Positions 8,601 to 17,125 are shown, numbered from the stretch's first letter. The stretch is 57,944 bases of DNA from an uncultured Methanosarcinales archaeon (GCA_964542815.1 CAZIUU010000001.1:12206-70149), one strand, 5' to 3'. The notes: generated by a model from the sequence alone, not told the origin. Numbers and translations are program-made.

Positions 8601-10142
8601 ATGAAATCCAAACATAAACGATTACCACCCCATTCATGGGAAGCGCATCCTAAAGCTAGTAAGAAAGATGCGCATAAAGAATTAACGATAGTTGTAGTAA
8701 CGATTGGTGCGATAGTCGTACTAGCTCTACTTCTCTTCTTAGGACAAAAACAGTTTGCCGGAAAAGCGTTCTTTTCTCCAGCACAAGTGAATAGCATCGG
8801 AATTAGTCAGCCAGCACCAATTGCTGAGGGTGAAGGTTTCTTTTTGACCGTAGAAACAAACATTGGTGATAAAGACACCGTAGGAATAATGTTTGAATTG
8901 GATTTTCCGGATGGATTAGAATGTACTAAAGTAGAGAGTATGTTGGGGTGGGAAAGCAATGCTGAATTCTCTGCCAATGATGAAATCATCAGCACTTCTT
9001 TATGTGACAATTTTAATAAAGAAGTTGTGTTTAAGCGGGCAACTACAAATTATCTGCGCTCGAGAGGCGGAACTTTTCCGATAGCCAAGATTTATTTCAA
9101 AGGAGTCCCCCGGGGGAATTATAGTTTAAAATTTGATGTAGTGAATGCTCTTAATCTGGCCGACAATACTCCTATCATTCTAACCATTAGTGATCCCACA
9201 ATTGAAGTAATCGCTCCGACAGCTGAGCCGGAGTGCGGGAACGGAGTGCTGGATGCCGATGAAACTTGTGACGACAGTAATATTATTGGTGGAGACGGTT
9301 GTTCAGCTGCTTGTGATGTGGAGAGTGGATGGAGTTGTCCCGAAGTAAATAAGTGTTTGCTCTTGTGTAAGGATGGAGATAATTTTTTTAACATTAAATG
9401 TCTTTGTGAGTCTCCATTAATTAAAGATACCACTTCCGGTTTGTGTCTAGCTGCTTCTCCAGTGGTTGAACCTGAATGTAATAATCAAATCCTCGACGTC
9501 GGTGAAAGTTGTGATGCCGGACTCTTCCGAAATTCATGTGAATCGTATGGCTTTAGAAGCGGAACACCCACCTGTGATGGGTGCCAAGCAAGTTATCGCA
9601 CTTGTGTAAAAGACCAGGAAGGAGAAGCATGTAATACTATCAGCAGCTTAGCAGGAATAGATTCCACCTGTGCAGCTGAATTGAAATGTGAAGAAAATGA
9701 AGAAGGAACTAAAGTGTGTGTAAAGGTCATTCAACCTCAAGATACTCCCGTAGATAATACCACTCAAGATACAACCTTAGACAAACCCATTGACATCAAA
9801 TTAACTTCCACTGGGAGTTCTGGTGTTGCTATCAACAGCGTGGACCAAAGCAAAGGGTATGATATTACTGTAACTTTAACTCCAACTACTGACTTGCCCG
9901 CAGGCTATTTAATGTTAGTGGCAGTTAATTATGGGACTAAGCAGACCACTACTAAACTTACTGACCAAAGCAATCCAGCCTTAGCTAAAGATTCTTCCAA
10001 GACTTTCACCATTCAGCATACTGCAGATGGCTCTGCCGCTAATTTAACGGTTTCAGCGATGGTATGGAATGGATACCTAACCGATGGCTTTGATTGGAAA
10101 GAATTAGTGCCAGCCAAGGAGAAGACTTATGCAATCAAGTAA
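8601..10142 (+). CDS. membrane-anchored surface protein with a cohesin-like beta domain and CGNGxxDxxExCD Cys-rich repeats
   Basis: TM segment TIVVVTIGAIVVLALLLFLG. Cohesin-like segment FFLTVETNIGDKDTVGIMFELDFPDGLECTKVES...GTFPIAKIYFKGVPRGNYSLKFD. CGNGVLDADETCDDSNIIGGDGCSAACD resembles the Myxococcus-type Cys-rich repeat. Confidence 0.55.
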   Translation: MKSKHKRLPPHSWEAHPKASKKDAHKELTIVVVTIGAIVVLALLLFLGQKQFAGKAFFSPAQVNSIGISQPAPIAEGEGFFLTVETNIGDKDTVGIMFELDFPDGLECTKVESMLGWESNAEFSANDEIISTSLCDNFNKEVVFKRATTNYLRSRGGTFPIAKIYFKGVPRGNYSLKFDVVNALNLADNTPIILTISDPTIEVIAPTAEPECGNGVLDADETCDDSNIIGGDGCSAACDVESGWSCPEVNKCLLLCKDGDNFFNIKCLCESPLIKDTTSGLCLAASPVVEPECNNQILDVGESCDAGLFRNSCESYGFRSGTPTCDGCQASYRTCVKDQEGEACNTISSLAGIDSTCAAELKCEENEEGTKVCVKVIQPQDTPVDNTTQDTTLDKPIDIKLTSTGSSGVAINSVDQSKGYDITVTLTPTTDLPAGYLMLVAVNYGTKQTTTKLTDQSNPALAKDSSKTFTIQHTADGSAANLTVSAMVWNGYLTDGFDWKELVPAKEKTYAIK

Positions 10143-11103
10143 ACTTATTTTTTGGTTAGTATTAATTTCTTTACCATTAGCTTTAGCCACTACTGTTGTT
10201 ACTGATAAAACTACTTATGCTTCCGGGGAAACAGTTAAAATTTCCGGAACGTGTGATGGTGCAAGTAAATCAGTAGCGTTACAGGCCGGTATCGGAATGA
10301 ATTCGGTGTGGTTCAAGCAGACTACCGCAGACAGCAATAAAGCTTTCTCCATTGATTTTACTCCCACGCAAGCTGGGAAGTTTACTATGTTAGCGGCATG
10401 CAACGGAGAAACTGCTAAATCAGTTAATTTTGATGTGGGCATAACCACTACTGCAGATGATACTTCCTCTTCTTCCAGCAGCTCCTCTTCCAGCAGTTCT
10501 TCTGGAGGTGGCGGTGGAGGCGGCGGCTCATCCTGCCAAGCTAAATTTGAATGCTCAGCATGGAGTTATTGTAACGCTTCATTAAAACAAACTCAGACTT
10601 GTTCGGATATTAAAGGATGTAAACCAAATTACGTCACTGCTAGAAATTGCACCAAATGTGATGAATCATGGGTATGTTCTAAATGGTCCAGCTGTGATGG
10701 AACTCAAACTAGGACTTGTGCTGATGAACATAAATGTGGAACGTATGCATTGAAGCCAGATTTAGAACGAAGTTGTGATGTTACTTATACTGCTCCACCA
10801 GTGCAGACTTATACCCCTCCCCCAACTAAGCAAACTTCTGTAGAAAAGCCCAAGCTAATCCCAACGCTTAGTTTCTGGGGTAAATATCAATATTACATTA
10901 TCGGCGGAGGAATTTTCCTGCTGTTGGCAATCGCTGCAGTAATCTTTTTAGTACTTCGTAAAAAAAGTGGAGTAGAAAATATCGGTGAATTAAAAGAATG
11001 GGTATCTCAGGAGAAAGCTGCAGGAATTCCCACCGATAAAATTAAAGAAATGCTGGCAGGACAAGGGTGGGAGAGTAAAGATATAAGTAAAGCTTTAAGT
11101 TAA
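10129..11103 (+). CDS. type-I membrane surface protein with two TSP1-like Cys/Trp repeats, a poly-Ser/Gly linker, a C-terminal TM helix and a cytosolic GW tail
   Basis: Signal peptide ...LISLPLALA. Linker SSSSSSSSSSSSSGGGGGGGG. Repeats CSAWSYCNASLKQTQTCSDIKGC and WVCSKWSSCDGTQTRTCADEHKCG. TM helix YYIIGGGIFLLLAIAAVIFLVL. Tail TDKIKEMLAGQGWESKDISKAL. Confidence 0.6.
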   Translation: MQSSKLIFWLVLISLPLALATTVVTDKTTYASGETVKISGTCDGASKSVALQAGIGMNSVWFKQTTADSNKAFSIDFTPTQAGKFTMLAACNGETAKSVNFDVGITTTADDTSSSSSSSSSSSSSGGGGGGGGSSCQAKFECSAWSYCNASLKQTQTCSDIKGCKPNYVTARNCTKCDESWVCSKWSSCDGTQTRTCADEHKCGTYALKPDLERSCDVTYTAPPVQTYTPPPTKQTSVEKPKLIPTLSFWGKYQYYIIGGGIFLLLAIAAVIFLVLRKKSGVENIGELKEWVSQEKAAGIPTDKIKEMLAGQGWESKDISKALS

Positions 11104-11109
11104 TTTTTT

Positions 11110-11454
11110 TTATTTCTTCATCACTTTAGACGCAATCAATTCTTTCTTTCCGTTATATTCTTCCACAATTCCAGTTATTTCTACGGAATCACCTTTCTGC
11201 AAGAACTGCTGTTCTGAATCGAATACTATTACAGTATTTTTCTCCATCTTGCACCCTTCTACCTCTAAGAATATGGCTTTGTCCTGAGTAGTTACTTTAG
11301 TCACCTCTCCCGTAAGCTTTATCAGCTCAGAGTGTTCAACCTCATCAAGATCAGCAACAGCTTTGAAATCAAGCTGGTCCACATAAAACAGCAGGATAAT
11401 TAATCCTACCACGATTAGTACTAAAGATACTTTGTAGATAGTTTTTTCTTCCAT
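11110..11454 (-). CDS. small membrane-anchored protein with an OB-fold-like domain
   Basis: N-terminal TM YKVSLVLIVVGLIILLFYV. Then a beta-rich segment (LTGEVTKVTTQDKAIFLEVEG...GDSVEITGIVEEYNGKKELI) typical of OB-fold anticodon-binding-like domains. Confidence 0.45.
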   Translation of the reverse strand: MEEKTIYKVSLVLIVVGLIILLFYVDQLDFKAVADLDEVEHSELIKLTGEVTKVTTQDKAIFLEVEGCKMEKNTVIVFDSEQQFLQKGDSVEITGIVEEYNGKKELIASKVMKK

Positions 11455-11525
11455 AATCTATTTTTTTCGCCCTACTTTAAAATAGTTCCTAAAGTATTAT
11501 ATAGTATGCCACTTCTAGAGCATAT

Positions 11526-11708
11526 ATGTCTCAAGAACGCATCTCGGAACTGAAAGGATTGCTGTTTAACCTAGAGCAGAGAATGCGCCCGTTGGAATGG
11601 GACTCCAGCAGGCATCAGATAAATGACTTCAAGAAAATACAATTAGGCAAGCTTAAAGAGGAGTTTTCTACCCTGCAAAATGAGCTGCAGCAACTGGAAC
11701 CACAGTAA
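11526..11708 (+). CDS. small coiled-coil protein, unknown function
   Basis: 60-aa ORF with heptad-like helical sequence. A TATA-like TTATATAG lies about 30 nt upstream. Confidence 0.35.
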   Translation: MSQERISELKGLLFNLEQRMRPLEWDSSRHQINDFKKIQLGKLKEEFSTLQNELQQLEPQ

Positions 11709-11791
11709 AATTATAGTCTCTAAATTCTCAACATCTTAACGAAAAGCTTAAATACAAGTAATTACTTATATCCAAGTAAACTAGTTTAACC

Positions 11792-11947
11792 ATGTCCCGC
11801 ATAACTTTATCCATACCTGATGAACTTAAATATAGGTTAGACCAACAGCCAGAGATAAACTGGACTGAGATATTCAGAACTGCACTTCAAGATAAAATAA
11901 AGCAGCTTAAACAATTAGAAAAATTAACTGCGGGAGGGAAGACCTAA
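11792..11947 (+). CDS. small antitoxin-like protein (51 aa, not in the ORF track); paralog of the next gene
   Basis: My own translation: MSRITLSIPDELKYRLDQQPEINWTEIFRTALQDKIKQLKQLEKLTAGGKT. Its TAA overlaps the ATG of the next ORF (TAATG). ITLSIPDELK...INWTEIFR parallels ITLAVDDTLK...VNWSEVAR. Confidence 0.5.
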   Translation: MSRITLSIPDELKYRLDQQPEINWTEIFRTALQDKIKQLKQLEKLTAGGKT

Positions 11948-12189
11948 TGGCATCAATAACTCTAGCTGTAGATGATACACTTAAAGCGGACATGGAACAT
12001 TTTTCGTGGGTGAATTGGTCTGAAGTAGCCCGTGAAGAGGTTACTAAGAGACTGGAGCACAGCGAATCTTTAGAAAAGTTTCTTAAAATAATCTCCAAGT
12101 CTAAATTAACTGACCGAGACGCAGAGTTATTGTCAGCTAAAGTAAAAGAATCCATGCATCGCAGGCTTAAAGAAGATGGGCTTATCTGA
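11947..12189 (+). CDS. antitoxin-like protein (VapB-like), paralog of 11792..11947
   Basis: N-terminal ITLAVDDTLKADMEHFSWVNWSEVAREEV. Stop/start overlap (TGATG) with the downstream PIN gene. Confidence 0.55.
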   Translation: MASITLAVDDTLKADMEHFSWVNWSEVAREEVTKRLEHSESLEKFLKIISKSKLTDRDAELLSAKVKESMHRRLKEDGLI

Positions 12190-12626
12190 TGGAAGTTAAT
12201 CTTGACACCAACATCTTTTTTCGAGCATTAATTTCACATGGCATAGTAGTTCTGCTGTTGTTTGAGGTTAAATTAAAAGTTAATGCTCCGGAGAGAATGA
12301 GAGAAGAGTTCTATGTACATAAAGAAGAGATTATGAAAAAGTCGCAATTGTCTGAAGAGGATTTCAATGCCGCTGCAGCATTGTTGTTTGAGAAATTAAA
12401 TTTTATCCCTTTAGAGAAATATCAGCAATTTCTTCCTGAAGCTAAGAAGTTGCTGGGGGAACATACCAAAGATGCAGAATTTGTAGCTCTCTGTCTGATG
12501 AATGGTGCCAAACTATGGACTCACGAGAAACGCTGTTTGACCTTGGGTTTGGAATATCTACCCGAGAGATTGCACATGAGCTGTATAGCAATTCCGAATG
12601 ATTTCCACTGTAACTTTTATAAATAA
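12189..12626 (+). CDS. PIN-domain protein (VapC-like toxin)
   Basis: N-terminal NLDTNIFFRAL (first acidic PIN residue), then DAEFVALCLMNGAKLWTHEK. Translationally coupled to the upstream antitoxin-like ORFs. Confidence 0.6.
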   Translation: MEVNLDTNIFFRALISHGIVVLLLFEVKLKVNAPERMREEFYVHKEEIMKKSQLSEEDFNAAAALLFEKLNFIPLEKYQQFLPEAKKLLGEHTKDAEFVALCLMNGAKLWTHEKRCLTLGLEYLPERLHMSCIAIPNDFHCNFYK

Positions 12627-12807
12627 CCCCTCTACTTAAAGTAAAAGCTGAGGTATAGATAATCGCGTTAATATTATTGCACTAGCACGCAATTATCTAA
12701 TAGTAAATTGCATGGCATAATGTTCCATTATCTTTGCAATTTACTATACCAATAAGGGTGAGCTAAAAAGCTCTTTAGCCTCGGAATCTAGTATTGGAGG
12801 AATAAAT

Positions 12808-13230
12808 ATGGCAGAATTTAAACTGGTTATCGGAACCAAAGACGGAAAAAGTTATCAGAAAGAAGTTAAAGATGCGCAGGCAGATGCGTTGCACAACCTG
12901 AAGATTGGAGATAAGATTTCTGGAGATGCGTTAGGCTTTCCAGGATATGAATTCTTAATTACTGGTGGAAGCGATAAATGCGGCTTTCCCATGCGCAAAG
13001 GAGTTCAATTTGCTAGAAAAAAGATTCTTACTTTGAAAGGAGTAGGCTTTGCGGGCAAGAATCGCACCGGTACTAAACAAGTTGGACTGTTAAAGAAAAG
13101 GACCGTATGTGGAGACCGAATCAGCAAAATTATGGTACAAGTTAATCTTAAAGTTATCAAAGAAGGTTCAGAGAAGTTTGGCGGAGACGCTCCCGTAGAA
13201 GGGGATAAGAAAGAGAAGAAAGAAGAGTAA
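12808..13230 (+). CDS. rps6e: 30S ribosomal protein S6e
   Basis: MAEFKLVIGTKDGKSYQKEV...ITGGSDKCGFPMRKGV...KKRTVCG is the conserved S6e pattern. A GGAGG site lies 6 nt upstream. Confidence 0.9.
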   Translation: MAEFKLVIGTKDGKSYQKEVKDAQADALHNLKIGDKISGDALGFPGYEFLITGGSDKCGFPMRKGVQFARKKILTLKGVGFAGKNRTGTKQVGLLKKRTVCGDRISKIMVQVNLKVIKEGSEKFGGDAPVEGDKKEKKEE

Positions 13231-13235
13231 AATAA

Positions 13236-13402
13236 GTTTCATCCTGAAAAACGAGGTTGCCATCAATTGCGAGCGGCATGATTAGAGTTTCCGACAATTG
13301 TGGAAGGGGGCTGTCCCTCGGGGAAGGTGCCACAATATGATGGCTGAAGCGAAGAGCGAACCGATGGCAACCTAAGCAGGGCGAAAGTTTTCAGGATGAA
13401 AC
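13236..13402 (-). ncRNA. distant member of the UCCCCG-apex structured element family (strand inferred from the apex motif)
   Basis: Perfect 15-bp closing stem (GTTTCATCCTGAAAA / TTTTCAGGATGAAAC). Nested 10-bp stem (GGTTGCCATC / GATGGCAACC). 7-bp stem ATTGTGG/CCACAAT. On the minus strand the apex reads TTCCCCGAGGGACAGCCCCC, compared with TCCCCGTAAGGGACATCCCC in the 18.7 kb copy. Confidence 0.4.
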
Positions 13403-13460
13403 CGGTAAGAACTAAAGATTTATTAACTTCTTTATTTTTCTATTTAATTCGGGTGATAAG

Positions 13461-13637
13461 ATGAGCTTTCAAGACACTTTAAATGATTTCAGCCAGAAAA
13501 TTGGTGATTTCTTCTCATTCATAGGAGATAAGCTCAGGAATTTTAAGAGTCTAAGTATGGTAGAACAGGTTTCGTTTGGATGCATAGGAGTAGGTATACT
13601 CTTGATTTTAATCTCAGTAGTACTATTCTTATTCTGA
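13461..13637 (+). CDS. small membrane protein (58 aa, below the ORF-track cutoff)
   Basis: My own translation: MSFQDTLNDFSQKIGDFFSFIGDKLRNFKSLSMVEQVSFGCIGVGILLILISVVLFLF, with a C-terminal TM helix. Confidence 0.35.
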   Translation: MSFQDTLNDFSQKIGDFFSFIGDKLRNFKSLSMVEQVSFGCIGVGILLILISVVLFLF

Positions 13638-13681
13638 TTTCTTGTTTGATAAAGCTTATAAAATGCTGGCTTTGAACTGAA

Positions 13682-13990
13682 GTGATGGTAACTACTGGGG
13701 TAACTTTTGGAATCACAAATGGTTCCCCCACAAATCGTGCTAAAGTAATAGAAGATGTAGTTTTAGGACTTATGACCGAAGTTGGCAGTTCGGAAATGAA
13801 AGTTAGCGATGAATGGCTGTTTAATGCTGCTGCTTATCATTTCCATAAACAAACTCAGGAATCCCTCCCGGCTAATGAATATGAACGTGTGCTGGATCAG
13901 ATGAGAATCAGGGGACAGGTAGGGTATCACATGAGAAGTGAGAAAGGTGAAGCCAGATTTCATTATTTTCCTGCAGAAATTATTACTTAA
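13682..13990 (+). CDS. hypothetical protein
   Basis: ORF track only. No motif recognised and the start is uncertain. Confidence 0.3.
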   Translation: MMVTTGVTFGITNGSPTNRAKVIEDVVLGLMTEVGSSEMKVSDEWLFNAAAYHFHKQTQESLPANEYERVLDQMRIRGQVGYHMRSEKGEARFHYFPAEIIT

Positions 13991-14051
13991 TTTTCTCAAT
14001 AACTTTCTCCAGTGGAAATAACACTTCCATCGGAAATGAAGGTTACTTTCC

Positions 14052-14669
14052 TCACTTCAACACCTTCCTTTCCCCAGAATACAGTCCCATTCGAGTCATC
14101 TGGTCATATTGATTCTTAGTAAGGGTCAAAAAGGTTAATTCGAAGCCTTTCTCTTTGAGTTGCTGGCAAACTTCAGTTATCTTACCCGAATCGATGCCTT
14201 CGCCGATGAGCATGACGCTGGCTTTCTCCTTCTTCTGAGTACCATAGGTTACGATACTTTGAATGCTAGAAATACTTCCCACCAAGTTGACAAACTCCCC
14301 CAACCCATCGAATTCTTCATGGAACAGTTCTTTAAGGAAAGTTACTTTTTCGTTGTCTTCCGGGAAGTAAACTTTAGAGTTTTTCCATTCCCGTTTTTTT
14401 ATCAATCCAGAACTTACTAATTCTTGAAGGATACGAAATGTAGAAGTTAGGGAAACGTTACTTTTGGCAGCTACTTCGTTAAGGCATAACTCTTCCTTAG
14501 AATTGAATAATATTCTTAGAACTGCCGCTTTTTTAGAATCTACTAATTTTCCTAACACCTCCCCCCGGTCCATGGAATTGGTAAAAGCAAGGGGGTTTAT
14601 ATGGTTTTCTGTTTTGGAATTAGTTTTAGTTGAGGGAATTTGGTTTCTAAAAATGGAAGCCACCTCCAA
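14052..14669 (-). CDS. winged-helix transcriptional regulator with a C-terminal alpha/beta domain
   Basis: VLRILFNSKEELCLNEVAAKSNVSLTSTFRILQELVSSGLIKKREWKNSKVYF is a typical wHTH (MarR/TrmB-like). The start may be the internal MDRGEV. Confidence 0.6.
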   Translation of the reverse strand: MEVASIFRNQIPSTKTNSKTENHINPLAFTNSMDRGEVLGKLVDSKKAAVLRILFNSKEELCLNEVAAKSNVSLTSTFRILQELVSSGLIKKREWKNSKVYFPEDNEKVTFLKELFHEEFDGLGEFVNLVGSISSIQSIVTYGTQKKEKASVMLIGEGIDSGKITEVCQQLKEKGFELTFLTLTKNQYDQMTRMGLYSGERKVLK

Positions 14670-14949
14670 AGAAGGGCGCCTGTTTTCGGAAGTGGGAAGT
14701 TGAGCTTATATTTGGAAAAAGAGTTTAATCTTATGAGTGAAGCTATAGTCGTCTGGGTCGCTCACTCGGTGGACTTATTGCTTCGTTACTCGCAGTAAAA
14801 TAGTAATAGTAATCGATTAAGTCCAACCTAACTAATCATGCAAGCAAAGGTAACTCCTTCGTTTGCCTCTTGACCCTAACGACGACTATGGCCCTGCCAC
14901 TAAACGCAAACTAAGTTCGACCTACGTCTCTCAAGTTTGCTATCGCAAA

Positions 14950-14959
14950 CTATAAATAC
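14950..14959 (+). promoter_or_regulatory. TATA-like box CTATAAATAC upstream of the nitroreductase gene
   Basis: About 25-34 nt upstream of the ATG at 14984. Confidence 0.35.
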
Positions 14960-14983
14960 TACAAGATAATTCTTCTGCTTAAA

Positions 14984-15703
14984 ATGGGTGATATTTTAGA
15001 GCTGATAACGACGAGAAGGAATATTAAGCATTTCTTGCCTAAATTCGTCTCTTGGGAGAACACAGCCAAGATTATCGACGCTGGACGTCATGCGCCAAGC
15101 TGTGGGAATGTTCAGAATTGGAAGTTTATTGTCATATTTGATCCCTCACAAAAACAGCAGGTAGCCGAAGCTTGTTTTGAGCAGTATGAGATAGCTCAAG
15201 CCGGAGTGCTTATTGTCGTATGCGCCGAGCCGGATAAAGCCGAACGATATTACGGTTTGAGAGGAGAAAGATTATACAGTGTACAGAATTGTGCGGCAGC
15301 GATACAAAATATGCTATTAGAAGCTCATTCTTTAGGCTTAGGAACGAGATGGGTGGGTGCATTTGATGAGGATGCAATTAAGTCGCAATTAGCAATTCCG
15401 GAAGAGATTCGCCCCCAAGCTATTATTGCAGTAGGTTATGCACGTGAAATACCTCCCAAGCCGCCTAAATACCCGCTGGAAGTTATTACTTATTTTCATA
15501 GATGGAGAAGCCGTCTTAGAGATCCAGCTAAATATATGAATGATATAGCAACGATATTGGCGCGAAAAGCAAATGCTGCAAAAGAAACTATGGGCGACAT
15601 ATTTAAGCCAGCAGCTAATCTTATAGTCGGTAAAGTTAAAGGAAAAACCACTTCTGTCGACGACAAAAGAGATGATGACGAAAAGTATTCTGATGCTCCT
15701 TAG
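14984..15703 (+). CDS. nitroreductase-family flavoprotein
   Basis: TRRNIKHFLPKFVSWENTAKIIDAGRHAPSCGNVQNWKFIVI and the NMLLEAHSLGLGTRWVG signatures of the nitroreductase fold. Lys/Asp-rich C-terminal tail. Confidence 0.8.
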   Translation: MGDILELITTRRNIKHFLPKFVSWENTAKIIDAGRHAPSCGNVQNWKFIVIFDPSQKQQVAEACFEQYEIAQAGVLIVVCAEPDKAERYYGLRGERLYSVQNCAAAIQNMLLEAHSLGLGTRWVGAFDEDAIKSQLAIPEEIRPQAIIAVGYAREIPPKPPKYPLEVITYFHRWRSRLRDPAKYMNDIATILARKANAAKETMGDIFKPAANLIVGKVKGKTTSVDDKRDDDEKYSDAP

Positions 15704-16060
15704 ATATTGATTTTTTTGTTAAGTGCAATTAAATGTTGAGCTTAAACATTAGTTTTAGTATATTCTCCAGAATAGAAATCTTTAAATAGTGCATACTTAC
15801 ATCTAAAACCCTAGGTTTGGGTTAATTAATATTAGTTGGTCTCAGAACAGGATAGCTGGTTACTATCTTAGGTTAATTCTGATTAGCTAGGGTAATAAAG
15901 TTGGGTTGGTTAATTCTAAGTAGAAGGAAGTGTGAACTCCTTTATATCCTTTATGGTGGGGGAAAATACATGTTCCAGAATATAGGTGAGCCTATAATAG
16001 GTAAATCTATACTAATAGAATAAAACGAGGGTAGAAAAATAAATTTGAGGTGGTGGCAAA

Positions 16061-17125
16061 ATGGATTTTATAATAGAGAAAGCTTTGGCCAGTGCTCCTG
16101 AGCCAGGATTTGAGAATTTGAACCAAGCTAACATTAAGGTGATTGGCGTGGGCGGAGCAGGCAACAATATGGTTGGCTGGTTATATAAGAAGGGAATAAA
16201 AGGAGCAGAAATAATTGCTACTAATACAGATCAGCAGCATTTAAGCATAACCGGTTCAGACCGCAAGTTCTTGATTGGTAAAGAGTGCACTCGAGGGTTG
16301 GGTTGCGGCGGATTCCCAAACAAGGGAGCTGAAGCAGCACAGGAATCTTTGACTCATATTAAAGATGCGTTAAAAGGATCGGATATGGTGTTTGTGTGCG
16401 CAGGTATGGGAGGAGGTACTGGAACCGGAGCAGCACCAGTAGTAGCTCAAGTTGCTAAAGATACTGGAGCAATTGTAATTGGAACTGTCACTATGCCTTT
16501 CAACATTGAAAGAGCTCGATGCGACAAAGCTGAATTCGGGTTGCAGCAGTTAAGACAAGTTTCCGATACGGTTATTGTTATTGACAACAATCGCTTAGTG
16601 CAGATAGCGGGTAACTTACCGATCCAACAAGCCTTTGCGGTAGCTAATGAGTTAGTTGCAACCATGATTAAAGGTATTGTAGAAACTATCGCTGTGCCTA
16701 GCTTAGTCAACTTAGATTATGCGGATGTTAAAGCCATCATGAGCAACGGCGGAGTAGCTGCGATTGGAGTGGGCAGTTCTGATACTAATAACCGAGTTGA
16801 AGAGGCAGTTAAAGGCGCTTTGAGTAATCCTTTGCTGGATATCAACTACGAAGGTGCTACTGGGGCTTTGATTCATGTAACTGGCGGGCCAGACATGACT
16901 TTGGACGAGGTTAGCAGAATCGGTGAGTTGGTTACTGAATCTTTGGATGATGACGCTAATGTTATCTGGGGAGCAAGAGTTCAGGATGAGATGAAAGGTA
17001 AGTTAACTGTTATGACTATCATAACCGGAGTTAATTCACCTTGGATCCTGGGCAAGTTAGACCAGAGAAAGAGTGCACAGAAAGCTAAAGCAGTTAGTAG
17101 GGAACTAGGCTTAGAGTTAATATAA
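16061..17125 (+). CDS. ftsZ: cell division GTPase FtsZ
   Basis: GVGGAGNNMV, the tubulin signature GMGGGTGTGAAPVVA, and NTDQQHL. Confidence 0.95.
   Translation: MDFIIEKALASAPEPGFENLNQANIKVIGVGGAGNNMVGWLYKKGIKGAEIIATNTDQQHLSITGSDRKFLIGKECTRGLGCGGFPNKGAEAAQESLTHIKDALKGSDMVFVCAGMGGGTGTGAAPVVAQVAKDTGAIVIGTVTMPFNIERARCDKAEFGLQQLRQVSDTVIVIDNNRLVQIAGNLPIQQAFAVANELVATMIKGIVETIAVPSLVNLDYADVKAIMSNGGVAAIGVGSSDTNNRVEEAVKGALSNPLLDINYEGATGALIHVTGGPDMTLDEVSRIGELVTESLDDDANVIWGARVQDEMKGKLTVMTIITGVNSPWILGKLDQRKSAQKAKAVSRELGLELI

Noticed and set aside
13236-13402. The structured element after rps6e as 5S rRNA, SRP RNA or RNase P RNA.
   Set aside because: The length (167 nt) and sequence lack the conserved 5S loop motifs, the SRP helix-8 GNAR/AGCA motifs and the RNase P P4 GAGGAAAGUCC-type sequences as I remember them. 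On the minus strand its apex matches the UCCCCG-family apex instead.
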